Of a stretch of 50,269 bases of DNA, positions 1 to 12,439 are shown piece by piece. How positions within the stretch are numbered: the first letter of the stretch is position 1; each line of letters starts with the position of its first letter. The stretch comes from Octopus bimaculoides (Eukaryota): the NCBI RefSeq assembly GCF_001194135.2, contig NC_068994.1, positions 38,078,253 to 38,128,521 of the forward strand, written 5' to 3'. Under the pieces are notes generated by a model, which ran no database searches, was not told where the DNA came from, and saw only the letters and a program-made list of their open reading frames with translations. Position numbers and translations under genes: made by a program.

Positions 1-366
1 AAGAATAAAAGGTGCCACACAGTAGGATTGAACTCAGAACCAAGTGGTTAGGAAGCAAGCTTCTTGTCACACAGCATGCATGTATGCACTCTATGGATTT
101 TTATGGAATCATTATATAGACAGCAATTAAAGCTTTACTTCAAATTTCCATCTACCAATCACAACACTTCTCAAAGAAACAAATCTGAAGCAGGTTAAAG
201 AGCATATAAAATAACACATTACACTAAGAAAATGTTACTCCTTTATTGAATTCGCTCAGACATGTAAGTTCATATGACTTAGAAATATTAATGATATGAT
301 CTTAGAAAGATTAATTTACAACCTTCCAATTTACAAATTAGGAAAACATTAAAGACATTTGAGAAA
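1..366. repeat. Copy 1 of an apparently exact 366-bp direct repeat; copy 2 is at 1357-1722
   Basis: 1-366 (aagaataaaaggtgccacac...acatttgagaaa) recurs at offset +1356 with no mismatch seen by eye. The repeat may extend upstream of the window. Confidence 0.9.
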
Positions 367-389
367 TGAAAAAAACAGAGAGAGAAAAA

Positions 390-870
390 AATGTGCTCGT
401 TTGAAGGAGGGAAGGGGTAGGTTAAGGAAGGTGTGCAAGGCGGAGGGGTTGTACTGGGGTCGCTGGAAGGCTTGGAAAATGATGCATGGGAGGGATAGGG
501 TGAAGAGGTGGCAGGTAAGGGGTAACAGGAGATGGGTAAGGGTGGGGCAGGTGCAAGGAGAAAGAGTAGCGGTACAGTCCACAGATCATTCCTGGGCAAG
601 GGCAGTGTGGACAATGGTGAGGAGATATCCACGTAGGATGACGTGGTGAGCCATGAATTGAGGCTGAGTCTCAAAGTCATAGTAGTCACTGCAGAGCCTG
701 TGTAGACAGAGGAACTGAGAGTAGGGGGTGGAGAGCTTGGTATCAGTAGGATGGGAGGAGGAGAAGTTAAGGTAGGAGTGTGAGTCAGTGTGTTTGTAGT
801 GGTGAGTTGATGAGAGCGGAGTGGTGTATGCTGACAGAAATGTCAAGAAATTTGAATGGAGGAGTTTTGA
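390..870 (-). mobile_element. Degenerate Penelope-like element fragment: RT C-terminus/thumb plus linker toward GIY-YIG
   Basis: Minus-strand frames read FLDISVSI, then HYKHTDSHSYLNFSSSHPTDTKLSTPYSQFLCLHRLCSDYYDFE...ILRGY, then PLTCHLFTLSLPCIIFQAFQRPQYNPSALHTFLNLPLPSFKR. These match the PLE pattern KxTDxxxYLxxxSxHPxxxKxSIPYSQFxRxxRxCS...RGYP and the PLVLTYHP...P.L.SFKR linker. Frameshifts and a stop are present. Confidence 0.85.
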
Positions 871-924
871 GTTAGTGTATGTATGTATGTAATACATACC
901 CATATATATATATTTATGTATATG

Positions 925-1218
925 TGTGGGCGTGGTTTTTGAGCATGTGTGTTTCTACGTGCCCTTGACTGGACATCATGTGATGGCTGTTAATAAGCAT
1001 CATCATGTTACAAGTGAGGTTGTCCATTTCTAGTCTTTTATGAGAAACATGTCCATCATTGAAAAATATCACTGTGGTTGAAAACTGGTGAGATTGTCTA
1101 CAGGAAAGGCATCCTGCCATTAAAAACTCGTTTTAGCAAATTATGTCTAAGGCAAACATGGAAAAGTGGAAAAATGATGATGATGACAATGATGATGATG
1201 ATAATGATGATGATGATG
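925..1218 (+). mobile_element. SINE-like remnant with an RTE-type 3' tail ending in (GAT)n
   Basis: The tail aggaaaggcatcctgccattaaaaac...catggaaaagtggaaaaatgatgatg resembles the RTE 3' ends at 30120-30345 and 40203-40340. Confidence 0.5.
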
Positions 1219-1356
1219 GAGGGTAGCAGTGTCAAACTCTCTCTTTCACCAAAAGCCAATCACATAAAATTGGCCATTGAAAAGGTGATTACACTGGTGG
1301 TGCCCCAACATAGCCATAGCCTTTGAGTTGAAACATATAAAAGAATAAAAGAATAA

Positions 1357-1722
1357 AAGAATAAAAGGTGCCACACAGTAGGATTGAACTCAGAACCAAG
1401 TGGTTAGGAAGCAAGCTTCTTGTCACACAGCATGCATGTATGCACTCTATGGATTTTTATGGAATCATTATATAGACAGCAATTAAAGCTTTACTTCAAA
1501 TTTCCATCTACCAATCACAACACTTCTCAAAGAAACAAATCTGAAGCAGGTTAAAGAGCATATAAAATAACACATTACACTAAGAAAATGTTACTCCTTT
1601 ATTGAATTCGCTCAGACATGTAAGTTCATATGACTTAGAAATATTAATGATATGATCTTAGAAAGATTAATTTACAACCTTCCAATTTACAAATTAGGAA
1701 AACATTAAAGACATTTGAGAAA
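1357..1722. repeat. Copy 2 of the 366-bp direct repeat
   Basis: Identical by eye to 1-366. Confidence 0.9.
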
Positions 1723-1822
1723 CTGAATTAAATTATATACAAATGTTATAAAGTTGAGATAATTTGCTTTCCACTTCTGCATTCGTACATTCATACAAGC
1801 CTCCTTCTCATCTGGTGCAACT

Positions 1823-2468
1823 TTCATATGTCACAGAGTTGAGGAAGCATTTAAGGCTGAATGTCTGGTACGGACCGTGAAACATGGGAGTGGTTCTATC
1901 ATGGTGTGGGCCTGCATGTCTGCCACAGGACCCAGAGAAAAGTTTTTATATCAGGGAAGGATGAATTCAGCTACCTATGTTTCTATGTTATTGGATGTTT
2001 TAGAGCCATCAATTGCTAAATTGCATCCAAGAGTGTCGGAAAACAGTTATCTTTCAACAGGACAGCGCTCCATGTCATACGGCAATGAATACTCATCAGT
2101 GGCTTGAGACACAAATTATTGCCTCCACGGACTGGTCAGCTCAATATCCTTATCTAAATCCAATCGAATACCTATGGAGAACTCTTGGTGAAGTTATCAG
2201 GAACACAATAATTAAAAATAAAGAGCATTTGTACCAACAGTTGAGAGAAGAATGGAGTAAAATTGCACCTAGCACCTGCAAGAAACTAATTGATTCAATG
2301 ACTAACTGTATAAAAGTGGTAATTGATGCTAAAGGAGGGTCAACCAGATATTAAAACTAATGTATGTTGTGAAATATACCATAATCTATCACATGCATGA
2401 GTTCCGTTAACATTGAGATAGCAGAACCCAAGAACATTGGGGTGGCCTAATACTTTTGGCCAACGCTG
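1823..2468 (+). mobile_element. Tc1-family (DD34E) transposon, 3' half: frameshifted transposase plus right TIR
   Basis: Reads EAFKAECLVRTVKHGSGSIMVWACMS, then after a frameshift IFQQDSAPCH...LNPIEYLW...DAKGGSTRY* (stop 2352-2354), with exactly 34 residues between D and E. The end tacttttggccaacgctg (revcomp cagcgttggccaaaagta, resembling the Tc1 TIR CAGTGCTGGCCAAAA) abuts a TA run. Confidence 0.92.
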
Positions 2469-2501
2469 TGTATATATATATATATATATACACACACACA
2501 T

Positions 2502-2536
<35 letters not shown>

Positions 2537-2640
2537 TATCATCATCATCATCATCGTCATTGTCATCACTATCAAAATCCTTATCACCACCACTTTTACC
2601 ACATTACCATCACCATTCCCAGCAACACCACCATCACATC
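2469..2640. repeat. Compound microsatellite (TA)n(CA)n followed by degenerate (CAT/CAC)n
   Basis: Directly visible. Confidence 0.9.
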
Positions 2641-3109
2641 ATTATATGTTTACATAAAGCTGTATGTGCATATGCATGTTTGCATATTTGTTTGTTTGCA
2701 ATTGCACCCTCCAAATATCGTAAGCTACAAGCAGTGGCGTTGCCACTTCTGTCAACAAAATGTCAGCTTGCTTTGTCTTCAAATGCTTGTGAAACAAGAT
2801 TCCCTACGTAGAAATTTTTACAGGCATCTAACTGTAAAACAATGCATCAACAACACATTCATCTAACCAATGTTAGCTGGGTAAAAAAGCTGTAAAAAAT
2901 GAACAAATATACTTGGTAGAATTGCTTTGAACAGGTGAGTTCTGTGTTTTATTTCCTTCTTAATTGATCAAAGACTTTCATTATTTCATGTTCTTATTTT
3001 ATACTGTTACAAACACAATTAGACTTTGTTACCTTACACTTTTTGATTTGTATTTTTATAAATTTCCCCATAAATTCCCCTTGCAGACTAAACAGATTTA
3101 TAGACAGGA

Positions 3110-3440
3110 AAATAGAGACAGATATGTAGATAAAAAAAAGAGAGGTTGAGTGAGAGAGAGACTCATTGAGAGAGGGAGAGAGACAGACAGAGACAAAGAG
3201 GCAGAGAGACAGACAGAGGCAAAGAGGCAGAGAGAGACAGACAAAGAGGCAAAGAGAGAGACAGACAGAGACAAAGAGGCAGAGAGAGAGACAAAGAGGC
3301 AGAGAGAGAGACAGACAGAGGGGTTGAGTGAGAGAGAGACTCATTGAGAGAGGGAGACAGACATACAGAGACAAAGAGACACAGAGAGACAGAGACAGTG
3401 AGAGAGAGAGACAATGAGAGAGAGATAGAGGGAGATAGTC
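3110..3440. repeat. Degenerate GA-rich simple repeat with internal duplication
   Basis: Units such as gagagacagacagagacaaagaggca. The block gttgagtgagagagagactcattgagagaggg occurs twice (~3145 and ~3322). Confidence 0.85.
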
Positions 3441-6400
3441 TGACAAGGGAAAGAAACAGATCAATAGATTGATCTCAATTGATTCATCACAGTTATGTTT
3501 ACTTAAGTCTCAAAGCAAATGTGAGGCACCATCTTCATTTAGCAATGCTTAGTAAACTATATGAAATAAAGTGCACATACATTTGCGATTCATTTATTTG
3601 TGTTGTTTTAATCATGTGCTACCAAATTTACATTGTATATAATTTTCAGCAAAGTCTAAAAATATAAGCCACTGTCAGTTCCTGGAAATGTAATCAAGGA
3701 AAAAAATGTTGTGTGATGTCCACCAATTTACACAATATGTTTTCTTTGCTTAGGTTTATTCAAAAGACAAAAGACAAGAGCTAATTTGGATTTTGCACAG
3801 AAGTATTTAACCTAAAATACACAAAAACTAGTGGAGTAACGTGGAAGAATTGTTAGAGTGTCAGACAAAATGTCTTGTGGCATTTGTTCTGGTTCCTTAT
3901 GTTTTCAAATCAGATCTCATCCTCAATGTCAACAAAAGAATTGAAATTTTGTCAGCAAGACTTGAAAGTTCTTTATTTAAAAAAAAAATGTTTTTAGAAC
4001 ATTGCTTGCATGTTTCTTCCAGAGTTCTTTTTATTGAAGATAAACAAATAAACTGAAGCTTTTACTTTAATCTGTCTACCATGTATGCAACAAAATTGGT
4101 TCAATGTGGACTGTAGTAGTTCACAAATGGAATGAATTGGTTTATCACAATGGCAGAGGAAAGATTTTCCAGTGCCATTTGTCAGAGAATGATTGTTGTT
4201 GTTGATGTTCAGTCCCAAGTCAACAGTGTTGAGTTGGGGCCAAACCACAGCAGAATATTTCATCAAAGGTATTCCGGCCTTAACCATCTGCTATTATTTT
4301 TATATGTTGAAAACCCAGTATCACATTATTGAATTTGTCCTTTTTACAACTGTTGAGTGGATGATTTGAAAGAAATTTTGTTGCCATTTTTAGCAAATTT
4401 AGCCACCATATAGGGGCTCCCTCATTTAACTGCTGTTGAGTGATATCTTCTAATGGCACTAAATAAGTAAACTGAGAGAAGATGAGAAAGAGAAAGAAAC
4501 AATAATTATTTCTCTTGCCCTTTCTCTCTCTCTCTCTCTCTCTCTTCCTCTTCCTCCTGCCAAGAAAATAGCTTATTCCAAAGAAGGGTCACTCCAACAG
4601 CAAACTATTTCTCTATTTCCTCACTAACCAATTTATTTTACTTTTGAACTGTTTATTTTTATTAATGCAGATCATCACTAATTTCCTTGGATCCTACTAT
4701 TTACTCTGATAAAATAATAGTATCTTTATATATCTGAAAGTCTCAACTCAGTTCACTTGCCTAGTTAATGAGGCAGTTGAACCATTACAAGTATGCAATT
4801 TTGTCTACATGAATTTCGAAGTTCTTAGAGATGTTTTTAGAACATTGCTTCTTTCATTTTTGTATTAGGGGTTCTTTAACACCAAAAACAAACAAATGAA
4901 TTCACAGCTTCTACCTTAATCTTTTTATCATGTTTATTACAATAAGCTTTTGTCTTGTTAACAATTCGGGGGAATAAAACAGTTTTAAGCATGCATCATA
5001 CAAGTGATGCACTTGTAGGATTCAGTCAGGTCCATTCTGATACATTTGCTATGGAAGTTCAATATTTTACTACATAGGTTTATAAAACAGCTCTTCTCGA
5101 TTGAAAGAAGAAATCAGTTTTGTTGCTCTACATAAGACAGACTCAATTAACTCATCTTGATTACACTTCAGTGGCTACATAATTCTTAATAAGCTCAAGA
5201 TGGTTTTTGACAATTGTCACAATAAATAATCATCCTATTTCTTTATCTAGCTTATTATAAATATTATCTACTAGGAAGGGCCAATACTGTAACTTTATTT
5301 ACTTGAATAATGAACTCATAAAGAATAGAAAGATTTTTCCCTATAATTTTTAAGATTACAGGAAAGTAAAATATGAAACACATCTGTCTATCATACCAAA
5401 GTTACTTATTTATTTATTCATTTATTTATTTTTCACATATCAGTGTTGCTTTTATTTTTTTATCTTTTTAACCATATATAATTTTTTTGTTTTTGCGTGC
5501 TGTTCAGAAATTGGTTATCATGTTTCTTGTTGTAACTACTTTATTCCAATTAAGGAGCTTAGATTTCTTTGATCAGGCAATTGCTACTGTAATCACAAGA
5601 TTGCTAATTGTTTTCCATCTTTCAAAAGCTTACTGTGCATCTATAATCAAATAATGGGATTTGCCTGCAAAAAAAAAAACATGTATGCACATAAACACAT
5701 ACACATACTTATAAAATCTAGTAATGAAGAACAGTCTCCATAAAAACTATACATTGTACTTGTTCAACTTAATGTTCTAAGTTTTACAATTGCAGTTGAT
5801 TACACTACAGATAGAAATACAGTGGCAGCAACTGTTTATTACTGTAGCTATAACACAATAGTTTTATATCCCTCCTGTTTAATACTGTATCAATATTATT
5901 TCAGTGAAGTCAGTGAGTTTGGATAAGTTTGCAGGCCATGGGTAGAAGAGAAATCTGAATGTTCCAAGACTGCCTTTTTTGTCTGGGGAAGAGAAATAAA
6001 ATTTTTAATCTATTTCTACTTGATTTCTCTCTCAAATGAAGAGTCCACCATAACACTTCTAATCTGTCTTTTCTTTATGGCATATGAACTTCATCAGCTA
6101 GCCAGGTGCCCTCTCTATACCCAGTGTTGTGCTATATTAATTAATACAATAAACCAGACTCCACATTTTAAAGGCTTCTATCTATGAATTTATATAAGCT
6201 CAAAAAACTTCATTGTGTATTTTCGCCAAAGCTGACATTCTCCAGTTTCCCCAAACAGTATGTCTTTTACATAGGTATTATTCTAGTTACTTGCTATTAA
6301 TCTTTGACATTGTTTCAATGCTTTAATATTACACAATGCAGTTATGAGTGTATGATAGATGCTTTCAAGGTTGACTATGCATCAGCACATGTACACATAG

Positions 6401-6974
6401 GCTTGGGTAATTTTTTTTTCTTTTGAGAAAGACAAACAGTTGCCTGAGTAAGTCTCCCCTCTCTGTTCCACTGATGTTTATCAAAGACAAGACTGCTGAC
6501 TTGGGCTGATGTACCTTGGCATCAGAGTCATCTCAGGTATTGCTATCAGAATGTAGAGCTGGAAGAGATAATGAAAGGCATGACCCTTGCTTACAATTCT
6601 GTCAATCTGGATTGACAATTTTTCGACTGGAATTGTTTTCTTTATCAATCCTGAAAGGAAGGAAAAGCAGTTTGAGCAGTTTGCTGGGATTTGAACTCAG
6701 AGTACAGACGACAGGAACAAATGACACAAGACATTCTATCTGATGTTTCAGCAACTTTGACAATTCGTTGATAGAGACAACAGTTATGAAATAGGTTTTA
6801 GGCCCTGTCAGAAATGGTAAAAATCCCTAACTAAAATATCTAACATAATTTGGTTGGTGTTTAAATTCTGCCAAGATCAGTTTTGTCTTTCATCCCTCAG
6901 AAATTGAATTAGGTGTCTGACAAATTACTTGAGTCAGTTCAGTGGAATATTTTACTCACTTTTACAGATTTCCT

Positions 6975-6976
<2 letters not shown>

Positions 6977-7034
<58 letters not shown>

Positions 7035-7120
7035 TCTTTCATTCTGTCTCTCTCCACTTCATCCCTCCTTCATTCTCTCTCTCCCCTCTCTCACTCTGTC
7101 TCTCTTGCATCTTTCTTCTT
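6977..7120. repeat. (CT)n microsatellite and pyrimidine-rich tail
   Basis: Directly visible. Confidence 0.9.
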
Positions 7121-8212
7121 TTCTCTTTCTCCAAAGACAAGAGTCTAGAACTTTAAACTTCATCATAGCATAAAACATATTCCACTGCTTGAACTTTGTA
7201 TTGCTTTTTCTCTTTGTAGAGCAGCACCAGTTTCATTGTGACAGCCTTTCTATACATTTTTTATGAAAGGCATCAATATCACACACAACAATTTCATTTC
7301 CCTCTTAATCTGAAACATTTTTTCCTGCTCATAGTAACATTGCCCTTCTGTACTGTTCTGTTATCATTGTGCAACTCCATCTCTCTGTTATTATATTACA
7401 GAACCATGACTGTTAAAATAATATATTTTTATTTGATGAATAACTTACTTGTTTCTATTTTACAGGGTCTATTTAATATACTAGGGCATCTCAGTTTTTC
7501 TAGTACATTTGACCCTGTTTAAACAACCTTATTTCTTGTGGTGCCTTTAGGGTAATTTCCCTTTAAAACAGGAGCCCAAGAAAATTGGTGTTTGGATTCA
7601 GTTGCTGTGTAAACAAGACTTTTTTCCTGATACTCATTAAATGTCTCATTTTAAAGACACTTGGTAAAATGTTATAATTATTGAACCTAAGTAAATATAT
7701 AATTAATCATCTTAAATAAAAAAAAATTTTAAAAAAGCAACCTGTCTGTGTATGTGTTTCATTCTTGTTTTCTTCCCTTCAGTGGTTTAGTTTTAATAAA
7801 TTTTAATTACTTTTGCTTAATTTTTACAGGCTAATCTGAATATAGCTGGATACTATAGAGGAAAATAAAATAAAAATGTTGATACTAATCTATGATAGGG
7901 GAATTGAATTTCAGAGAAATACACATTTTACTACAGGATTGTCAGGGGAAAATTTTTATTCCAGACTGGGACAGCTACAGTGTTTGTATAATAGGGAGGT
8001 TGGTAATGAAAACTATTGACATAGGGAGGGAAAGTAAGAGAAACTCCACCAACTTCTATGAGGCTTTGACACAGTTGTGTCACAGAGAGCAAAATTCTGG
8101 ATGCGATTGAAGAAGAGAAACAGTTATCAAGAGCAGTTTTGCTTTTTGTATTTATTTATGTAGATTTATTCATTTATTTTAGTTGTTGTTGCAGTCATTA
8201 TTATTATTATTT

Positions 8213-8560
8213 AGGCAGCAAGCTGGCAAAATCGTTAGCATGCAAGGCAAAATTCGTAGCGGCATTTTGTTCGTCATTACATTTTGAGTTCAAATTCTAC
8301 TGAGGTTGACTTTGCCTTTCATCCTTTCAGGTTTGATAAAATAAGTACCAGTTGAGCACTGGGGTTGATGTAACTGACATACACCCACCTCCAAAATGAC
8401 TGGCCTTGTGCCAAAATTTGCTTTGCCTTTCATCCATTCAGTGTCGATAAATTAAGTACCAGTGAAACACTGGGGTTGATGTAATCAGCTATCTCCTTCT
8501 CCCAAATTTCAGGCCTTGTACCTATAGCAAAAAGGATTATAATTACTATTATTATTACTA

Positions 8561-8624
<64 letters not shown>

Positions 8625-10120
8625 TGTTAGTATACAAGGCAAAATGCTTGCTAAACATTATGCCCGTCTTTACTTTCTGAGTTCAAATTCCACTGACATT
8701 GACTTTGCCCTTCATCCTTTTGGGGTCTATGAAATAAGTGCCAGTTGATTATTGGTGTCAATGTAATCGACTTACCCACTTCTCAAAAATTGCTGGCCTT
8801 GTGCCAAAATTTGAAATAATAATAATTATGATTATCATTGTTAACATGGTAAACTAGCAGAAATGTTAGCATGCCAGACAAAATGCTTAGTGGCATTTCA
8901 TCTGTCTTTACTTAACTTGCTTGGTTCAAATTCTGCTGAGGTCAGCTTTGCTTTTCATCCTTTCAGTGTCAATGAAATATGTGCCAGTTTACATTAGGGC
9001 TGATGTAATTGACAAGCCTCTTCCCTAAAATTTTTTAGCCTTTTTGTCTATAGTAGATGGGGTTATTATTATCATTATTATTATTATTAAGGCAGTGATG
9101 AGTTGAAATTCCACTGAGGTCGATTTTGCCTTTCCATCCTTTCAGAGTCGATAAACTAAGTACTAGTTATGCACTGGGGTCAATCTAATCGACTATATCC
9201 CTCCCCTAGATTTCAGGCCTTGTGCCTATAGTAGAAAAGATTATTAAGGTGGTGAGGTGGCAGAATCGTTAGCATGCCAGGCAAACTGCTTAGTGGTATT
9301 TCATCAATCTTCATATTCTGAGCTCAAATTTTACCACTGTCAACTTTGCCTCTCATCCTTTCAGGGTTGATAAATTAAGCATTGGGGTCAATGTAATCGA
9401 CTATATCCCTCCCCCAGATTTCAGGCCTTGTGCCTTTAACAGAAAGGATTATTATTATTAAAATGGCAAGCTAGCAAAAGCATTAGCAAGCTGGCCAAAA
9501 TACTACTAAACATTTCATGTCTTTACATTTTGTGTTCAAATTCTGCCAAACTTTGCCTTTCATTTTTTCAGGGTTGATGAAATAAGTACTGGGGGGCAAT
9601 GTAATCCCCTAGACTCCCTTACCCAAAATTGCTGGATTTGTATCTATAGTAGAAAGGATTATTATTATTATTGTTGCTGTTGTTGTTGTTGCTGCTGCTG
9701 CTGCTGTTGTTGTTGTTGATGATGATGATGATGATAAAATAAAGTACCAGTCAAGTACTGGAGCCTAGATAATTGACTAACAGCCTCCTCCATAATTACT
9801 AGCCTTGTACCAAATTTTGAAACCATTATTATCATCATTATTGTTGTTGTGGTGATGATGGTAGTCGTGGTGGTCGTAGTGGCGGTGGATGGGCGGAATC
9901 ATTAGAGCATTAATCAAAATACCTTAAAAATATATTTTGGCTCTTTACATTCTATGTTCAGATCTTACCAAGGTCAAACTTGGCCTTTCATCCTTTTGGG
10001 GGTGTCAATAAAATGTGAGTGTGTTGTGAGTGACTGTATATGTATGCCTTTAAAAGTCCTAATATGTTCTTCCATTGTATAAAGTTTGTTACACTTGAGC
10101 CCTTGTGGCTAATAAAGAAA
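8213..10120 (+). mobile_element. Head-to-tail cluster of about 9 copies or partial copies of one SINE family (family B), separated by (ATT)n tails
   Basis: Recurrent consensus ggcgagctggcagaatcgttagc...gagttcaaattcc...gactttgcctttcatcctttc...gataaa.taagtaccag...ctggggtcgat at ~8213, 8421, 8636, 8845, 9088, 9246, 9460, 9735 and 9885. Confidence 0.9.
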
Positions 10121-10269
10121 GAAAAATTTATGTTGTTGTTATTATTGCTGCTTTAATTATCGATTTATTTTATTTTTGCTTTTAGTTTTTTGTTTTTACT
10201 GGATTATTCATTTACTGACTCATTCATTTATCTTTTAAATTCTTGACACTTTGTCAGGTACAACAACAA

Positions 10270-10548
10270 AGGTTTCAGTTGATCTGATCAAAGAAACAGC
10301 CTGCTTATGAAATTAATGTGCAAGTGGCTGAGCACTCTGCAGACACATACACTCTTAACATAATTCTTAGGGAGACTCAATGTGACACAGAATGTGACAA
10401 AGTTAGCCCTATGATTTATAGGTACAACTCATTTTTGCCAATTGAGTAGACTGGAACATTGTGAAATAAAGTGTCTTGCTCAAGGACATAATGTGCTGTA
10501 GGGTATTGAACTCACAACCTTATGATCATGAGTTGAATATTCTAACCA
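10270..10548 (-). mobile_element. tRNA-headed SINE (family C) with a CORE/Meta-like central domain
   Basis: The minus strand has a B-box-like gagttcaatacc, then tgtccttgagcaagacactttatttcac. A paralogue lies at 35435-35720. Confidence 0.8.
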
Positions 10549-10800
10549 ACTTCTTCTGGAAGGGGATATGTATCTGCTCGATTCTCAACTCAGCATACAA
10601 TATTTCTAACATTAATATTTATATTTAGTGAATTATAAAATGCAAGTAAAATATTTTGAGTATAATTATTACTAATATAGTAATAATGAAAAAACCTCAT
10701 TTATAAATATAAAACTATTTCATTTAAATAATACAGCTACAGACCAAAAGGGAGGTATGGAGACCACTAATTCTTGTTTCTCTACTCTTACCATTACAAT

Positions 10801-11207
10801 AGGCGCAGAGTGGCTGTGTGGCAAGTGGCTTGCTTACCAACCACATGGTTCTAGGTTCAGTCCCACTGCATGGCACCTTGGGCAAGTGTCTTCTACTATA
10901 GCCTTGGGCCGACCAAAGCCTTGTGAATGGATTTGGTAGACGGAAACTGAAAGAAGCCCGTCGTATATATATATGTATGTGTGTGTATATGTTTGTGTCT
11001 GTGTTTGTCCCCCCCCCCCAACTTCGCTTGACAATTGAAGCTGGTGTGTTTACGTCCCCGTAACTTAGCGGTTTGGCAAAAGAGACCGATAGAATAAGTA
11101 CTAGGCTTACAAAAAAAATAAGTCCTGGGGTCGATTTGCTCGACTAAAGGCGGTGCCCCAGCATGGCTGCAGTCAAATGACTGAAACAAGTAAAAGAGTA
11201 AAAAAGT
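10801..11207 (+). mobile_element. Near full-length tRNA-headed SINE (family A)
   Basis: Head ggcgcagagtggctgtgtgg...ggttcagtcccactgc, body ccttgggcaagtgtcttc, tail tgactgaaacaagtaaaagag. Many paralogues occur in the window. Confidence 0.9.
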
Positions 11208-11634
11208 AATATTAAACTTGCTTGAGACCATCTATACCGTTAGTATTCACCTTTATCAACGTTGCCATAGTATATTAGCTCCATCTTCTGGTTGTGTAGT
11301 GATTTTATCTTCAATACTGCCCTTTTTATGAAAGGTGGTACAGACTTTCTTACCAGAATTGAACCAATAGATCATTAGAATTTTGTCTTGTCAAATTTGA
11401 ATTTGTGACGTATATATTGTGTATTAACTGTAGCCTTGTTCAATTAAACTAATATAATACAAAAAAGAAAACGTGATTGAAAAGGTATTATAAATGTTAA
11501 TAATAAACTCCTAATCATATTTCGGGTGAAAGCATAGAAAATAAATATCCACAAAAGAGGTACTAAATACTCAACAAAACGAGCAAAAAAGCCATATATG
11601 ATTTTAAAATATTATGACAAGATAAAAAAGCATA

Positions 11635-12330
11635 CAAGAGTGACAAAAGCAGTACATTATAACCATGGATAAAAATGAATATATTACAAAATCAGTTTAC
11701 TTGGAGATAAAAAACAGGTCTTCAAAGATCGAAAAAGACAACACCAACAAATTAAAAATCAAATTAAAAAATAATCACAATGATAAACACACAAATAGGG
11801 GCCCCCTTACTTTCCTCAGCATATATATTTATATATATATATAAATAGACACATGCATACACACACACACAGAGTACAGTAAAAAAATGCAAACAAACCA
11901 CTGCCCCCCACCCAACTCATAATATCATAGATAAATACATTTACACATAAAATCAACAAACAAATTGGCAGCTTTATCAAAATATTCACACCAGAGAATT
12001 ATAGTAGTAAGTCATCAGAAGAATTTCTAGATAGTTTAGAAGAAACAAATAAATACCATTCCTACCCTACATATGCCATGCTTTTCCAGTAATAGAAACA
12101 ATTGAAATTGCATTTGATAATGTACACAAATACCCAAAATAAAGGAACCTATGATGCTTGTGCAACAGAAATACTATTTTGCTGCTCACAAAAAGATGGA
12201 ATATAAACAAAAAGATGGAATATCTATTAGTTCTCTCTTAGGAACAATGTCTGCAAAATTCTACCCAGCTATGATGGAAAGCAAAACACCTAAATGCACA
12301 CACGTATAATATATGCTAAATATGTATTCA
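11635..12330 (+). mobile_element. Highly degenerate Penelope-like RT fragment from a second lineage, interrupted by a microsatellite
   Basis: SDKSS..TMDKNEYITKS..LLGDK..KIEKDNTNKLKIKL matches ADKG...MDK.EY..K...LL.D. PVIETIEI and YKQKDGISISSLLGTMSAKFY...IYAKYV match YKQxDGVAMGSPLGPxLANFY...YxRYVDD. Multiple frameshifts. Confidence 0.7.
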
Positions 12331-12439
12331 CAAGTGAGACATGGACTGTTATGAAGAGGGAAAAACAACAATTGCATTAGACACAAAGGGACATGAAAAT
12401 ATCGATGCTAGGAATATTTTTGCCGGAGCATATCTGAAA

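Noticed and set aside
2824-2934. Exon-like segment (tttttacag| ... CAG|GTGAGT)
   Set aside because: Stops occur in all three frames and there is no expression evidence. At most a UTR or lncRNA exon.
2994-3464. Long ORFs in GA, CA and TA repeats and across N-gaps (also ~18000-19500, 43000-44100, 49700-50250)
   Set aside because: Artefacts of stop-free microsatellites or N runs.
10801-10875. tRNA gene (also the heads of the other SINE copies)
   Set aside because: It has A/B-box-like motifs but no full cloverleaf, and it runs into a repeated SINE body.
11230-11345. Tc1-like N-terminal peptide on the minus strand (FHKKGSIEDKITTQPED)
   Set aside because: Too short, needs an assumed deletion, and no TIR was found.
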